Origin: Eledone cirrhosa
Taxonomy: Eukaryota
Assembly (NCBI GenBank): GCA_964016885.1
Contig: OZ024740.1
Location: 120,838,001 to 120,902,000 of the forward strand
Direction: 5' to 3'
Length of the DNA stretch: 64,000 bases
The notes beneath the pieces were generated by a model. That model was not told where the DNA came from, searched no databases, and was given only the letters and a program-made list of their open reading frames with translations. Shown here piece after piece: positions 15,264 through 28,756 of the stretch. The position numbers and the translations under genes were made by a program. Position 1 is the first letter of the stretch. Every line of letters begins with the position of its first letter.

Positions 15264-16050
15264 CTTATTTTGAGATTATCTCAAACATGACATCTATAAC
15301 TTTGAATATAATATATATAATATTATATATATATATATATATAATATTATATATATTATATTCAAAGTTATAGATGTCATGCCTGAGATAATCTCGAACA
15401 TGTGTGTTGCCTCTCAAAATCAACTCAAAGAAAAAATTCAAAGAATAAATCCGAGCATTTAATCGTTGCAAAATAGTGAATATAAATATCTAATGATATG
15501 AATGTATAGTAGGACATATCAAATTTTGACAAGAGACAATCTGTATAGAATGTAAGAATACATAGTTCGTTAAAGTATCATATTTAAATTTAACAAAAAT
15601 TAAAGATATAGATAGCTGATAAACATCATATATATTTCCCTCATATGTATCCTTCACAAATTATGAATACATTTCACCAAATATCGGTGCAGTTAGATCA
15701 TCGATCTGGATCTTCAGTGAGAGAATCAATCTATCTAAACTTACACCTGTTAATATACAGAACTGAAGATGACGACAGAAGCACATGGTATTATAAAAAA
15801 ACAACAAAGCACATAGTCATAGTCTTCAATGACATGAAATGGTTAACGCCAACTAGAAATCGCAATCTAATCTGTTATCATATTAAGAGCTCAACCAAGT
15901 AGGAGCAAAACATATAAATATTATATTCAAAATTATAGATGTCATGGTTGAGATAATCTCGAACATGTGTCTTGTCTCCCAAAATAAGCTCAAAGAAACG
16001 ATACAAAGGATAAATCCGAGCATTTAATCATTACCAAATAACGAATATAT
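15261..16050. repeat. About 130 bp direct repeats (about 15350-15485 and 15918-16050) plus a partial inverted copy (15261-15315)
   Basis: tattatattcaaa.ttatagatgtcatg..tgagataatctcgaacatgtg occurs twice; the reverse complement gagattatctcaaacatgacatctataactttgaatataata lies at about 15272-15311. Confidence 0.85.
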
Positions 16051-16055
16051 ATATA

Positions 16056-16325
16056 TATCAATGATATTAATAAATGGAAACTATATTTATAAAACCATAT
16101 TTATTTTATTATATATATTTCAATGGTACCAACAAAAACTTTGGTATTTTATCTGTTGAGAGCGTACTCATGAAATATATATAATAAAATAAATATGGTT
16201 TTATAAATATAGTTTCCATTTATTAATATCATTGATAGTATACTCCAGGAATCCTGTAGAGTGCTTCGAATGTGTTATAATAATTAAATTTGTTGAATTA
16301 CCAGCAATTTAAATATCTCTTTGCT
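16056..16325 (+). mobile_element. PLE 3'-end fragment with fold-back arms (16056-16122 / 16171-16237)
   Basis: About 67 bp perfect inverted arms. The sequence matches the 3' end at 5572-5720 (aaatatggttttataaatatagtttccatttat). Confidence 0.8.
16145..16191 (+). ncRNA. Minimal hammerhead ribozyme, A6 variant
   Basis: Helix I tattttat/ataaaata. CTGTTGA. Helix II gag-cgta-ctc. GAAA-T-ATAT-A-TA. Confidence 0.65.
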
Positions 16326-16350
16326 TATATATATATATATATATATATAT

Positions 16351-17190
16351 AGAAGTGGTTACACACAGTTAGTTCACCATACCGAGAAACAATTGTTTCA
16401 CCTTCGCGGATCCTCAGCTCGTAATGGGCATGATTATACGGAACAGGAAGGACAACTGTACGAACGGGCATGCGCAGAAACCGGTCACTTTCCACAGGCA
16501 ACACCAAAATGCGTGCGAGAGGTGTAAGGGAGATAACTGCGAAAGTCCGAAAAGTTTTTAGTTGATAAGAAATATTATGATTTTGTTACAATAATTCATT
16601 CAATCCGGAGCTTTGTAGTTATGCAATAATTGTTTCGAGACGTGTGGACAACGTGTGAAAAATTCATTTCTCGTGTTTAGGCAATCACTATTGCATAATC
16701 TCTTTAGAATGTTTATTCGTTCGTCAATACATAGTCCACACGACGGATATCCCCTTGCGTATAGCTTGGACTTAGTGATGGCTTTCCATTGAATGGAGTA
16801 GTCTATACTTGAGTCCTTGAGGATCCATACGTGGCTCGCGAGTTTCGTAGATGAACGTCTGTCTGGGTACCTAAAGCTCGACTGATGGTTCAGGAAACGT
16901 TCCTTAAATCGGCCCTCCGCCATGCCCACATAGGGTTTGACCTCCTGTGGTTGGTTTGGTCTGTTGGAAGAGACCACGGCTTCATAAATTACAGCTGGTG
17001 TGTTGCATTGCTGTTGAAGGGGGCAAGCTTCGGGCTTACTGTAAGAGCATCCTGGTGGGGTGTTGCTCCTAGGGCTGCTAGTGATGTGGGCCTTCATGTT
17101 CTTAGCGCAGGAGTATCCTAGTTTAACTTTGTGTCGGTTAAAGATGGAGCGGTATTTATGACCTATGGTAAAGTGTCTATCTAAGAGGGC
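16351..17190 (-). mobile_element. 5'-truncated Naiad-type PLE (GIY-YIG EN, ORF 16600-17097) with HHR-bearing 3' UTR
   Basis: IFNRHKVKLGYS upstream, then CSYSKPEACPLQQQC, VIY...YVGMAEGRFKERFLNH, CGLC, LNTRNEFFTRCPH. Confidence 0.9.
16377..16427 (-). ncRNA. Minimal hammerhead ribozyme
   Basis: Minus strand: ccattacgag CTGAGGA tccgcgaaggt GAAA C-AATT-G-TT t ctcggtatgg. Confidence 0.7.
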
Positions 17191-17261
17191 ACATTTCGGA
17201 AAGAGTTAATAAACTACTTTTAAGGAATTGGGGCTAAAAGTCACCGTATCCAATAACCTTA

Positions 17262-17332
<71 letters not shown>

Positions 17333-17783
17333 TATTATTTATAAAATTCTTAATTAATTATAGCTGTCAGCACTTTAGCTAACATACTTAACATTTTTCA
17401 TTAGACCGATGCTTCGCAAGTTAACCAAATAAAACCCTACTTGATGCTTGAAACATAAAAAGTCATAAAAAGAAATATAATCGCATAATAGGCTCGTCAA
17501 ACAAAAGAGAAATGCCTACTTCGATTCCCACTGTACTCATATTTTCATCGGCGGAACCATTGTACTCGGTCAATTCAACTATTATATATAGTTAATAACT
17601 ATTATATATAGTTGTTAACTATTATTTATAGTTGTCCGGAACACGGTCTGACCTATATACTCCTACAGCTTTGCACAGAAAATATGTCAAACAAACAAAA
17701 ATCACACACATTTGTACAAATGTACACACACACAGACATGTCCACTCATAATACACAAGGATTATCTTCCATTTAAAACCTCT

Positions 17784-18217
17784 CTAATATGTATCTTACT
17801 TACACTTCCTAAAATGACTAACTATTCCTTATATTTTCTCACTCTCCTATATTGTTTCATTTTTTCTATTCTCTTCCGATGAAGGATGAACGTTCGAAAT
17901 GCCAAGACAGTTTCTCTAATATATCAACAAGCATTAAACTATTAGACATTTTCATTGAACTCTAATTTTTGAAATGTCGTTATATATACATATATATTCA
18001 TATGCGAAAATGAAACGGAGAACGACATTTCAAAATATTAGAGCTCAATGAAAATGTCTAATAGTTTAATGCATATTGATATATTAGAGAAACTGTCTTG
18101 GCATTTCGAACGTTCATCCTTCATCGGAAGAGAATAAAAAAAATGAAACAATATAGAGTGAGAAAAAGTAAGGAATGGTTAGCCATTTTTGGAACTGTAA
18201 GTAAGATGCATATTAGA
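17784..18217. repeat. Inverted repeat (about 195 bp arms, 17784-17981 / 18021-18217); each arm carries a degenerate HHR
   Basis: Arms are reverse complements. tctt CCGATGA aggatgaacgttc GAAA tgcc aaga at 17872-17907 is mirrored at about 18095-18130. Confidence 0.88.
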
Positions 18218-18312
18218 AACTTTAATCTGTTATTTTAATTAATATATATAAATATATATAAATTAATAAAAACAATGAAAAAAACAAAGAACAAGTTCCT
18301 TATATTAAAAAA

Positions 18313-18452
18313 TTCATCATTTTACGATCGTTTCTAGGATATATATGTGTGTTGGTTTGTATATCATATAAATCTATGTAAAAATATTACAAACTATCAG
18401 AGGAAATATACATACCTTCACATATATATATGCTGTCTTCAGAAATGATGAA
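18313..18452 (-). ncRNA. Hammerhead ribozyme with intact core and about 100-nt helix II
   Basis: Minus strand: ttcatcattt CTGAAGA ...(atatatatgtg/cacatatatat, gtttgta/tacaaac)... GAAA C-GATC-G-TA aaatgatgaa. Helix I is a perfect 10 bp. Confidence 0.78.
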
Positions 18453-19744
18453 ATTTGTTTATTGAAAAAAAAAACAACAAAGATTTAATATAATAGGTCT
18501 GTTTGGGAACAGGCTTTGAATTGACCAATAGAAAAGCAGTAAGAGGTCAAGTTGATAGAATAGTAGTAGTAGAAATTTAATTTAGAGGTAGAGGAGTGCA
18601 GACTTATGTTTTGAATGAAAATAATACTTTGAATGAAAAGAATACTTTGGGGATGAAAAGAGGTCAAGCCGGTGAAGGGTACACGAAAATTTGATGTTAT
18701 TAAAGAATAATGTTAAAAACGAAGGAAAGTAAAATTTTAGGGTAAGGATATTAGTGAGAAATACCAATCTTATTTAAACCACAAGGAATCTAGATCTATA
18801 ACAAGAAATTAAATTAATTGATAGGTATACTTATAGGGATACATTTATATTAATTCATATGGATGTGATAAATGTTAAAAACGAAGGAAAATAAACTTTT
18901 GGGATAAGGTTAATAGTGAGAAATACCAATCTTATATAAACTACAAGGAATCTAGATTCATAACAGGAAATAAAATTAATTTATGTATACTTTTAGGTAT
19001 TAATTTTAGGAAAAGAGAGCTGTAAGAGGGAAATAGAATTATGAAGTTCTCTGTAGTAAAGTACTAATTATAGTTTAACTAAATTTAAAAAAAACTAATT
19101 ATAATAATATGTAAAATATAAGTGTAAGGTGTATATTAATTAGGTTTATAATAGTTGAAGGTTCTTCTAATTCTATGATTGCAAGATATAATTAATTTTG
19201 TCGCTTATTTAATAGGATATCCTTAGATTTCATTATTTCAAAAAGTTCCTGGGAGCATAATCTACACTCATATCTGTTATTTTGATAAGGGGTGGCCCTT
19301 TTGAGCATACTCCAGGTCAGGTTGTAATCGATATTCTTTTTTCTATAGTTATTAATTGTTTCCGCCAAGGATGTTGTATTAGCTAATGCGGCTTTTTAAA
19401 ACTATGTTTGTGGGTATTAAATCTTACTTTAAATTGGTTAGACGTAGCTCCTTATATGAATAAGTGGAGTCCTTAGTGCTAATTTTACATTTATAGACTA
19501 TGTTATTAATAAGACAATTTCCCTTTAATGGGCAATTTGTTTTGTTTCTACAGTTACAACCATTCGTGAATATTATATCGGGGGAGTTAGTCAAATTTGG
19601 TATTTACTCGACTTGTTATATGTGAAGGAGATGGTGGTTTGTTGCGGTTTATTTTAGTATTATGGTTGGTTTGATGTGTTGGTGGTATATTCGTGTTTTT
19701 TTACATGTATATGCTTTGTTCAGGAAAATGGGTGATATAGAGGA

Positions 19745-19942
19745 ATAATTGTTTCTACTTTTGGCACAAGGTCAGCAAATACCCAGTATATTACTGGTAC
19801 TTTATTTTATCGACCCCGTAAGGATGCAAGGCAAAGTTAACCTCGGCGGGATTTGAACTCAGAATGATAAGGGCCGTAACTCTATGCGTCAAAGCATGGC
19901 GTCCGACCCTCTACCGATATTGCCATTCCACCGCCCTCATAT
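19745..19942 (+). mobile_element. SINE (octopus-type tail) inserted into the PLE RT, with target-site duplication
   Basis: ggcacaagg.cagcaa...tactggtactttattttatcgaccccgtaaggatg.aaggcaaagttaacctcggcgggatttgaactcag, flanked by TGATATAGAGGA at 19733 and 19943. Confidence 0.8.
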
Positions 19943-20198
19943 TGATATAGAGGATAATAAGCATCTATATCAAATTGTAGAAATGAAGAAGATAATTTAT
20001 TTCTAATATTAGTAAATCAGTTAACTACTTTGGATGTATTTTCCCAGAGTGGTAAATTAACGTGTTTTCTTAATTGTGGGATGATTCTATCTAAACACTT
20101 TTTACTAATGATGCCAATATCAGATTTGGAAGGGCATATAAGTCTTATAGAAGGATTAGAGTTGACTCTGTTTTATACACAAACGCACACACACACAC

Positions 20199-20266
<68 letters not shown>

Positions 20267-20566
20267 ATAGTAATAATAAGTCTTATAGAAGGTTTAGAGT
20301 TGACTCTGCTTTCGTATGATTTTCATCGAACATTTTTGAATGCATCTTTTCTCTTCATGATATTTGGATTACATTGAGTTCTTCATACGGATTGGACACT
20401 ACCGTATATTTTGGTAGATTTATCTACATATAAATGTATATATATATTTATTAAAATAACAGATTAAAGTTTAAGTAAAGAATCGCTCTAGGGTTCTTAT
20501 ATATTTGATATATATTTATCCTTATATCTAGCCCTCTTTTGATTTCACATTTATTATTATTACTAT

Positions 20567-20688
<122 letters not shown>

Positions 20689-22234
20689 TTGGGTATAAAA
20701 AAATATGCACACCCATTCACGCACACTCACATATATATATATGCATATATATATATAATCAATTCAGAAAGAAATTCAAGGTCGTTACTCAGTTAGAATC
20801 ACATATTTCTTCGATCCTTTCAATTAGTAGAGATGTAGTACCAATCAAATAAATTCATTAATAAGTTATTTAGGCCCGGCTAAGCTCGTATCAATCAGGC
20901 TAATTACAAGAGTCAATACTTCCGGAACTATCGCGAGTTTTAGTGATATACAACTCTAACTTATCTAATGTTCCTTTTTCTTTATTTTTAATAATTCCTA
21001 TGGTTTAGTCCAAACTATAATTACTTGTGTGAAGTAAATGAAGATATACTTAAACGCATGACCTTGTTGGAACTTTTCAACTGACTAGATTTCATCACGA
21101 AAGCTTATGTGTGCTGCTAATCTGAGCCCATAGAATAATTTGAGGAAGATTTAGATGATCTTTTTAACAGGTCAATTGGCCACATAGAGGGTTCTTCGTT
21201 GGCTTGTAGAGAACAGATGGTCGGAATACTGTGTACAATAGTTCATTCAGATAAACGCCTCGCTATATTACAGATATTGAAAGATGTAACCTTCGTCTAT
21301 TTGTAAATGAAGGCACGTATCCTACTGGTTGTGATTTTGAATTCACGATAATAATATAATAGGTTTGATACCTGGAACGTGTGTAGTTTTATATTTGGGA
21401 GCATGCCGCCTCTCGCATTAAAACACTCCAGAAGCCTCGTATGACATGCAAACTCATAGGAGGTCTATTAAACAATCAGAGCTGTAAATTTAATTTTAAT
21501 ATACATTTATTAAGAGCGGACGAAATGTACTGGTGAAGTAGAACAATATCTGTGTATATGCGTGTTTCTTGAGATCTTCTATGGATGTGTCAGCACCTGA
21601 AATGTATATATCTTTCTATGGTATTTGTGTATAAATATTTACATATATCACACGTATAGCATAACATGTATATCCTTTTAGAAAATAACATCAAAATAAA
21701 AATGGTAAAATAAAAAAGAGTTTAAAATCACGTTAGTGCAATCTCCTAAATATACTATAACCAATCCGGAAACTGATTTTTGATAAGCAAAAATCTATAT
21801 TATACACCTTTGAAATCTCAAATATAAAAGAAGAAAAGGAAGTGGGTGGCGAAAGAAGTAATTATTCCTTTAATTTAGATGACATCTCAAAGGAAAAACG
21901 ATATAAAAATTCACGTGTTTATTATTTTCTATCAGATATGGCATTTCAACCCTAAAACTATTCGAAATAGTTGTTATTTAATGTTTTCACACAGCTACAT
22001 GAAAATAAAATTAGTAAATCTCAGTCATATTTATTCACGAGTTTCATCAGACATTTCTTTCTAAATGAATAAAGTGAATTTTGACAGCTTTTTACAACAG
22101 ATCTAAAATTAGAGTTTTGTTTGGTTTTTCAATCTTTAAAAGTTAGCCGGCATACTGTGACGTTCGAACAAATGCGTCTTCTCCAATCCCAAAAGCATTT
22201 AATTTCAAGGTCTCTCTCTCACTCCCTCTCAACC

Positions 22235-22289
<55 letters not shown>

Positions 22290-22330
22290 ATATATATGTA
22301 TATATAATATATATATACATATATATATAT

Positions 22331-22388
<58 letters not shown>

Positions 22389-22546
22389 ATAGAAGGATCA
22401 GAAAGTGACTTTCTTCAACTATTCTTCCATAACTCGTTGAGTAACCCATCAACCCATCACCGTACGTCAACTCTATCTACTGTAGTAATTAACCATTACT
22501 GCATTCAGAATAATCGTAAGAGCATTTCTTGCATAACCTAACATTC

Positions 22547-22664
<118 letters not shown>

Positions 22665-22724
22665 CATACATATATTATATATATATATATATATGTACAT
22701 TCTATATATATATTATATATATAT

Positions 22725-22808
<84 letters not shown>

Positions 22809-22924
22809 ATATGCCTGGTGGTTACTGATCTCTCCAGTTTGTTTGTCTACCAGCATATCAAGAACAAATTAACATTTTCTATTTATTTTGCCTGGGGAGA
22901 ACATGTTTTGCTTTATGTTATACA

Positions 22925-23190
22925 TAAAACCTCTGCTGCATGTCGGGTTGAGGAGACAACATTCCTCAAATACCGGTCGCTCTCCGACAGGTTTGCGATT
23001 GTACCCCTGGCAGTGCAGACTTCTGGTGTCCTCGGCCCTAGGGCTAACTCTCTACTCACCACCATAGGCGCTGAGCTGGCCAGCCGCAGGTGTGAGCCCT
23101 GCGAGTTGTAGTGGCTCTTCCAGCGAGTCTCCATTGCCGCCCTCCGGGTAAACGCCTTCTCCATCCTGTTTGTCGGGGCTGTGGGGTAGC
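22925..23190 (+). mobile_element. CRE-like non-LTR retrotransposon 3' fragment
   Basis: [24 protein letters not shown]...FQRVSIAALRVNA. Similar to 35600-35860. Confidence 0.8.
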
Positions 23191-23499
23191 CCGATCGCGT
23201 ATCATTCCTTATTTAAGTATGGTCAATGAAGAATATGTGCATGTCTACAAGTTATTTCATAATGCGTTATCAAATGTTTTCCCAAGATAGACTAGTCAGG
23301 TGGAGTTAACAGAAAGACTTCATATTTTCAGATTTTATGAAATATATCAGTCACATATTTCGAATTACGGATATATAATATTTTTTAGTTTGAAACTTTG
23401 CATCTTCGAATGTATATAATGAAATAAATAGAGAAGATATAAAGTATATATATTTCGTTTATTAATATCATTATTATATATATGTATATATGGATCTAC

Positions 23500-24360
23500 G
23501 TTTTTTAAACATTATTTCTTTTTGTCCCCCAATCTCACACGATCCTGCATCTTCTGAATCATGATAAAACTTACAAATATATGGGAACTAGTTCTTCTTC
23601 TGACTACTGGTTATCACAAATGTTCTCTTCTTCTCGGTATGAAGTCTTTGAAGTGTGTTGGGTATCACCCTGGGATAAGTTATGTAGTGCCATGTCATCT
23701 GTAAATTCCAGCCGACTGATCCTACACCCGCCCGTCTTGATACCTTTTCCAAGCCAGCTGTGCGCGTCAATTATATTCACAAGGGTTATGAACAGGCGTG
23801 GTGAGGGTTCGTACCTTTGTCGAACCCTGACATCCACATTAAACTGGTTTTGATTTAGCACTATTTAATCGAACACGAATACTTAGGCATTCGTATATAG
23901 ATTACAGGGCAACAAGATGCTGTCCATCGATCCCATACTCTTGCAGAATATTCAACAAGTTCTGTAGGATACCGTCGTATGCCTTTTCAAAGGCGACGAA
24001 AGAAGTATACTCCTCTTGGCAACATTTCCATGATTTCTCGAAGATCTGTCGCAGTGTGAATATTTGGTTGTCTGTGGAAATACCACATTGTTTTTTACTA
24101 GCTTCGACTCAAGAACATCCCCTCAACTATTTGCCATGCATTTAGCATAGACTTTACCGGGGAGCCTTAACAAAGATAACCCTCTATAACTGGAGCAATC
24201 TCTCTTGTCACTCTTTTTGAAAGTTGGGACTATTTCCCCTGACTGTGATTGGTTAGGTATCTTTTTAGATATCCAGGTCATTCGGCCCTCATACGTCAGC
24301 CAGAAAATACCTTCTCTATTTAAGGCTTTTAACATCTTGGGCCGAATTTCAGCTTCGGCT
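23500..24360 (-). mobile_element. RTE-clade LINE RT fragment, decayed
   Basis: MLKALNREGIFWL, IVPTFKKSDKRDCSSYRGLSLL..PGKVYAK, TDQIFTLRQIFEK, FEKAYD, VRVRQ..PSPRLF. Confidence 0.85.
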
Positions 24361-24918
24361 TAAAGACCGGTCTCTGTGGGTGGTACATGTACCCATCAGT
24401 GTGCATGTTTATGTGTGAATATAGATTCTTCCTTGATGAAGTCACTGCAGCGTTATATGTAGTTAAGTGTGATTCATGTAACCTAATATGTTAATTCAAT
24501 GCACATCTTGGGACTGACCACCTTGCATGGAACTGATAGATGGCCACATATCTCCGGATCTGATATGGAACTAAGAAAGAAACTTACAATTATTATAAAG
24601 GAAATAAGCCCAAATATCACGATAGTTTCATAACGGGTAAAAAATACTTTATAACCAGACTGTTATAACCAAACGTTATGTTTAGGTGACCACAATGTCA
24701 TTATATTTAACGAAGTGTGAGATATTGCTATTATTAAAGTGTTCTGTGCATTCAGACAACACCTCGAATTTGTTTATTCGAGGTTTTACTCACTTTGACT
24801 GCTATTCTGATGAATTGATGCGTTTTCTTTACTGAGCGCTGAACCACATCGAGCTTGAAACTATATTGGTATAACGCTATTCATCTAAACATTACTTTTA
24901 CATATACATAAATGCATA

Positions 24919-24970
<52 letters not shown>

Positions 24971-24987
24971 CACATATATATATATAC

Positions 24988-25019
<32 letters not shown>

Positions 25020-25035
25020 GTATATATATATATAC

Positions 25036-25073
<38 letters not shown>

Positions 25074-25577
25074 GTATGTATGTGTATATATGGATATATA
25101 TATTTACATATCTATATCTATATAGATGTGTGTGTGTTTGTGTGCGTGTGAGCCTGCGTGTGAGCCTGCGTGTGAGCCTGCGTGTGAGCCTGCGTGTGTG
25201 TGTGCGTGTATATACCTATATGAGCGTATGTGGGTGTTTACGTAGGTATAGTTATAAAAAGTTTAAATAAATGTAAACTAAAATTGAGTATAACATGACT
25301 GTCGAATAGAAACTATTAAATAGATAATATATAACTATGGATACAGATAAAATAGAATGATATGTTGAAAATATAAAAAGAAGAGATGACTATTTTTTTC
25401 ATATTTATGTAGGCTATGTGTGTAAAAGAATGAAAAATAGAGAAAGCACGAGCGAGAGTGAGAGAGAGGTGATGAAGGAGGGGTAGGATCTATACAAAAT
25501 GTGAGACTAGAAAGTGAAGTAGTGAATAAAAGTATGAGATGAGTGAATACAGACGATCTCAGATAAAGAAATAGAGA

Positions 25578-25660
<83 letters not shown>

Positions 25661-26169
25661 TAAGAATGTGACAGAAAAAGGGAGAAGCATTTTAAAAATA
25701 GCAAAGTGAGATGCATTATTTCAGAATATATAGAACACTGCATATACATATATTCGTATACACATACTTTTACACGCAAACACACAAACAGACACACATA
25801 TATAAGTATATATATAGTGGAGAGACGAAAAAGAAGATGATGAAGAAGAAGAAGAAAAATAGGAGGAGGAAGGGAGACACTTTTGAGTATGACAGAGATA
25901 AATAGTGGGAGCGAAGGAGTAAAAGAGAGCGAGAAAAAAAAAAAGAGACGGCGAACATGAGACAGTAGAAAGGATTGAATAAAAGAGATATAGAGAAGTA
26001 AGATTATATGGAACTCCGTATAACATGGTTATGAATAGTATATTTTAGTGCTTGAAATATAAAAAGTGCTTCTAGACTTCGGGATATTTTCCCAGATATT
26101 TTTAGCAAGTCGTGCAACAGCAAACACCAAATCCTAAACTGGTTTCAAGATATATATATATTTAATTAT

Positions 26170-26830
26170 AAACTGTAAAACTAGAAACGTAGTCTATAGC
26201 ATAAGATGTACAGAGGGTACTTGGAAAAACATGACAACAACATATATAGGCGAGACAGCTCGTAGCATAGGTGAAAGGATAGACCAACACTGGGGGGAAC
26301 TAAAGGACGAAAAAACGGTTCAGTACTATACGAACACGCCAGACAACAGCATGACGGTAACATAGACAACATAGAAATTAAAATAATATCTAAACATAGA
26401 AATGACCGAGCAGATAGGCAAATCAGAGAGGACAGTGAAATAGAACTTAGAAGGCCAAAGCTAAACAGAAAAAATGAATGGAATAGCAACACCCAAACAA
26501 ACAATACTGACCTAAGAGAAATATAAATAAATAAATAAATAAATAAGTAAGTAAATACATACACAAGCACAATAATAACAAACACATATAAACACACACT
26601 AGTAAACTAAGATAGAATACAATAACCAAAACACAGTTACCCAAACACGAACATACATAAACACTATACACACACGCAAATGCATGCGCAGAGAAGCAGG
26701 CAACAATAAATAAATAAATAAATAAATAAACATATTAAATAAAGATGGCGTAGACATACAATACAACAGGAGGAAACATAATAGCACCACTGACGATGTT
26801 GCAGATGTGCAACGAAAGAACTTTGTTAGA
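26170..26830 (+). mobile_element. Non-Naiad PLE GIY-YIG EN fragment + 3' UTR + HHR, not in the ORF track
   Basis: NCKTRNVVYSIRCTE...YIGETARSIGERIDQH, frameshift, ...RQIRE...PKLNRKNEWNS. HHR at 26790-26823: CTGACGA t gttgca-gatg-tgcaac GAAA gaactt. Confidence 0.85.
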
Positions 26831-27179
26831 CTATATATATATGTGTCTATGTTTATATTATATCTGTATTTTTTACCGTTGGTCAGTCAATGGTAAACAT
26901 TGAGGACCAAATAAATTAACTGATATAAAAGATACGGAAACGAAAACCAACCCCAAACAGTGAGTGTGTTGTTATTAATTCTGGCAATATTATTACAACA
27001 ATAAGACCATCCCCATGTATAACAATATATATATATATATAGGGAGAAAAAAAACGATTATTAGGAAGAAACACTTTTTTTCCTTATTTTGTTCTCTCTG
27101 GGTTAGAAAATGTTTAAAACAAAATATTTTACTTTGCGTAAAGTGTTAAGGTATTAGTTAATTTATTTATTAATTAACA

Positions 27180-27930
27180 ATACCATTTATTTATTTATTT
27201 ATTAATTTATTTAGTTAATGATTATCAATTACCGGTTTCAGCATTTTATGCATTATCAAATTATGTAAGTGGGAGAGAAAAAAAAGGGGAATTTGTATTG
27301 GTGAAGGTGGTGTTGAACATGTTATTGAAATGTGAAAGAAAGAATAATATTATTTACAAACAAGGTTCTTGAAGTAAAAAAGGGTGATGTGGAACATGAT
27401 AAGCTAATGGGAAAAAAGAATAATATTATTTATAAGCATTGTTTTTTTAGGGTAAGCAGTTCAAAAAAAATTATTCTGGCACGATCGCTTAAAGAAGTTG
27501 ATTCTTGATGGAGGTAAATGTCCGTCTGGGATTGGATGTGTTTTCCCTTTTTAGAGAATTAATATGCAGGGGGAGTGTGTTTTTAAATTCTTCTAGTCGT
27601 GTGTTCCATGTGTATTTATCTGAAATTATTGTGCAGATCCTTTTAGCTAGGTTATAAGGAATTGCCATTTTGGTATGACGAGGGTGGCACGAGTTAAATG
27701 GAAGATATTGTTTGGAGTCTGTGGGTTTATAGTATATGTCTGTTTCTATTTTGTTGTTTGTTTTCTTGATGAGGATGTCAAGGAAATGTAGTTGTTCATG
27801 GCTGTATTCTATTGTAAATTGAATGTTTGTTTTGAGTCCAATTAGAAGTGTTTTAAACTCAATCAGTCTTTCTATACTTTCATGCCAGAGGTTGAAGCAG
27901 TCGTCCAGATATCTCTTCCAGTTTTTTTTT
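27180..27930 (-). mobile_element. PLE RT fragment (YLDD type, Neptune/Poseidon-like) with degenerate HHR
   Basis: Minus strand reads KNWKRYLDDCFNLW...IQFTIEYSHEQLHFLDILI...TDIYYKPTDSKQYLPFNSCHPRHTKMAIPYNLAKRICTI. HHR-like aat TTGATAA tgcataaaatgct GAAA ccgg ta att at 27228-27262. Confidence 0.88.
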
Positions 27931-28016
27931 ATGTGTAGGTAGAAGTGGTTCCGTATTTGTCTAGAACTTTTCGGTTGAGAGTAGTTTCCAAATATCCACT
28001 ATATTTATATATATAC

Positions 28017-28085
<69 letters not shown>

Positions 28086-28756
28086 GCGTGAGAGAGTGGG
28101 AGAGAGATAGATAAAAACAAGATAAACAGAACGAAGGAAGAGACGATCGAACAGCGTGTTTAATTCGAATTAAAAAATGAGACACGTAGGGGACCAAAAC
28201 GCATGCACAAGAATGTAAATATTTTGTATACAATGTATGCAGAATATAAATAAAGAAAATGATGTATATTTACAGGTTAAACTCTTTTTCGAAATATAGT
28301 TACTGATGAAAGGGATAAGAATGAAATGAGACATGAGTTACAACGCTACCATGTTGGAGATCACATGCTTTTCAAACGACAACATTCTGTTTAATTGATG
28401 TAGAAATGTATGCACAGTTGCATATATAAATTAATGTCTAAGTAACGAATGAAAAAGTGCCTCTGATGATGTGTAAAAATGCAAAACTAGTTATCTGGCT
28501 TTCTCATAACTGCTTTCTAAAATAAAAATCACAGCAAGTCCCTCGTATGTTTATTCTACATGAATACATCGTATATTATTTCATATACACCCTATGATGT
28601 ATATATCTGAATTAAGAGGCTGAATTATTTGCAGGAATTACGGAAGATGTTGCAGTAAAGAGCCAGATTCAGCATTCGGTTATCAGAAAAATGTAGGTGG
28701 GTGTAAAAGCCAAACTTTTTATCTTCCACTGGGTATTCGTGCCAACCCTTATATAT

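Larger units (their letters stand above)
18220..20430 (-). mobile_element. Fragmented Naiad-type PLE (RT N-terminal part, EN, 3' UTR), not in the ORF track
   Basis: Minus strand 20160-19950 reads NPSIRLICPSKSDIGIISKKCLDRIIP...FLQFDIDAYYP. Minus strand 19562-19400 reads GCNCRNKTNCPLKGNCLINNIVYKC...FKVRFNTHKHSF. About 160 bp tandem duplication at 18706-19000. Confidence 0.85.

Noticed and set aside
15261-19000. CRISPR-like or prokaryotic repeat arrays
   Set aside because: Repeats are two- or three-copy transposon duplications without regular spacers, and the sequence is eukaryotic.
24801-24870. HHR-like CTGATGA...GAAA motifs here and at 28463, 39384, 32190(-), 38700(-) and 53815(-)
   Set aside because: Core or helix I/III is too degenerate to call by eye. 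They may be decayed HHRs.
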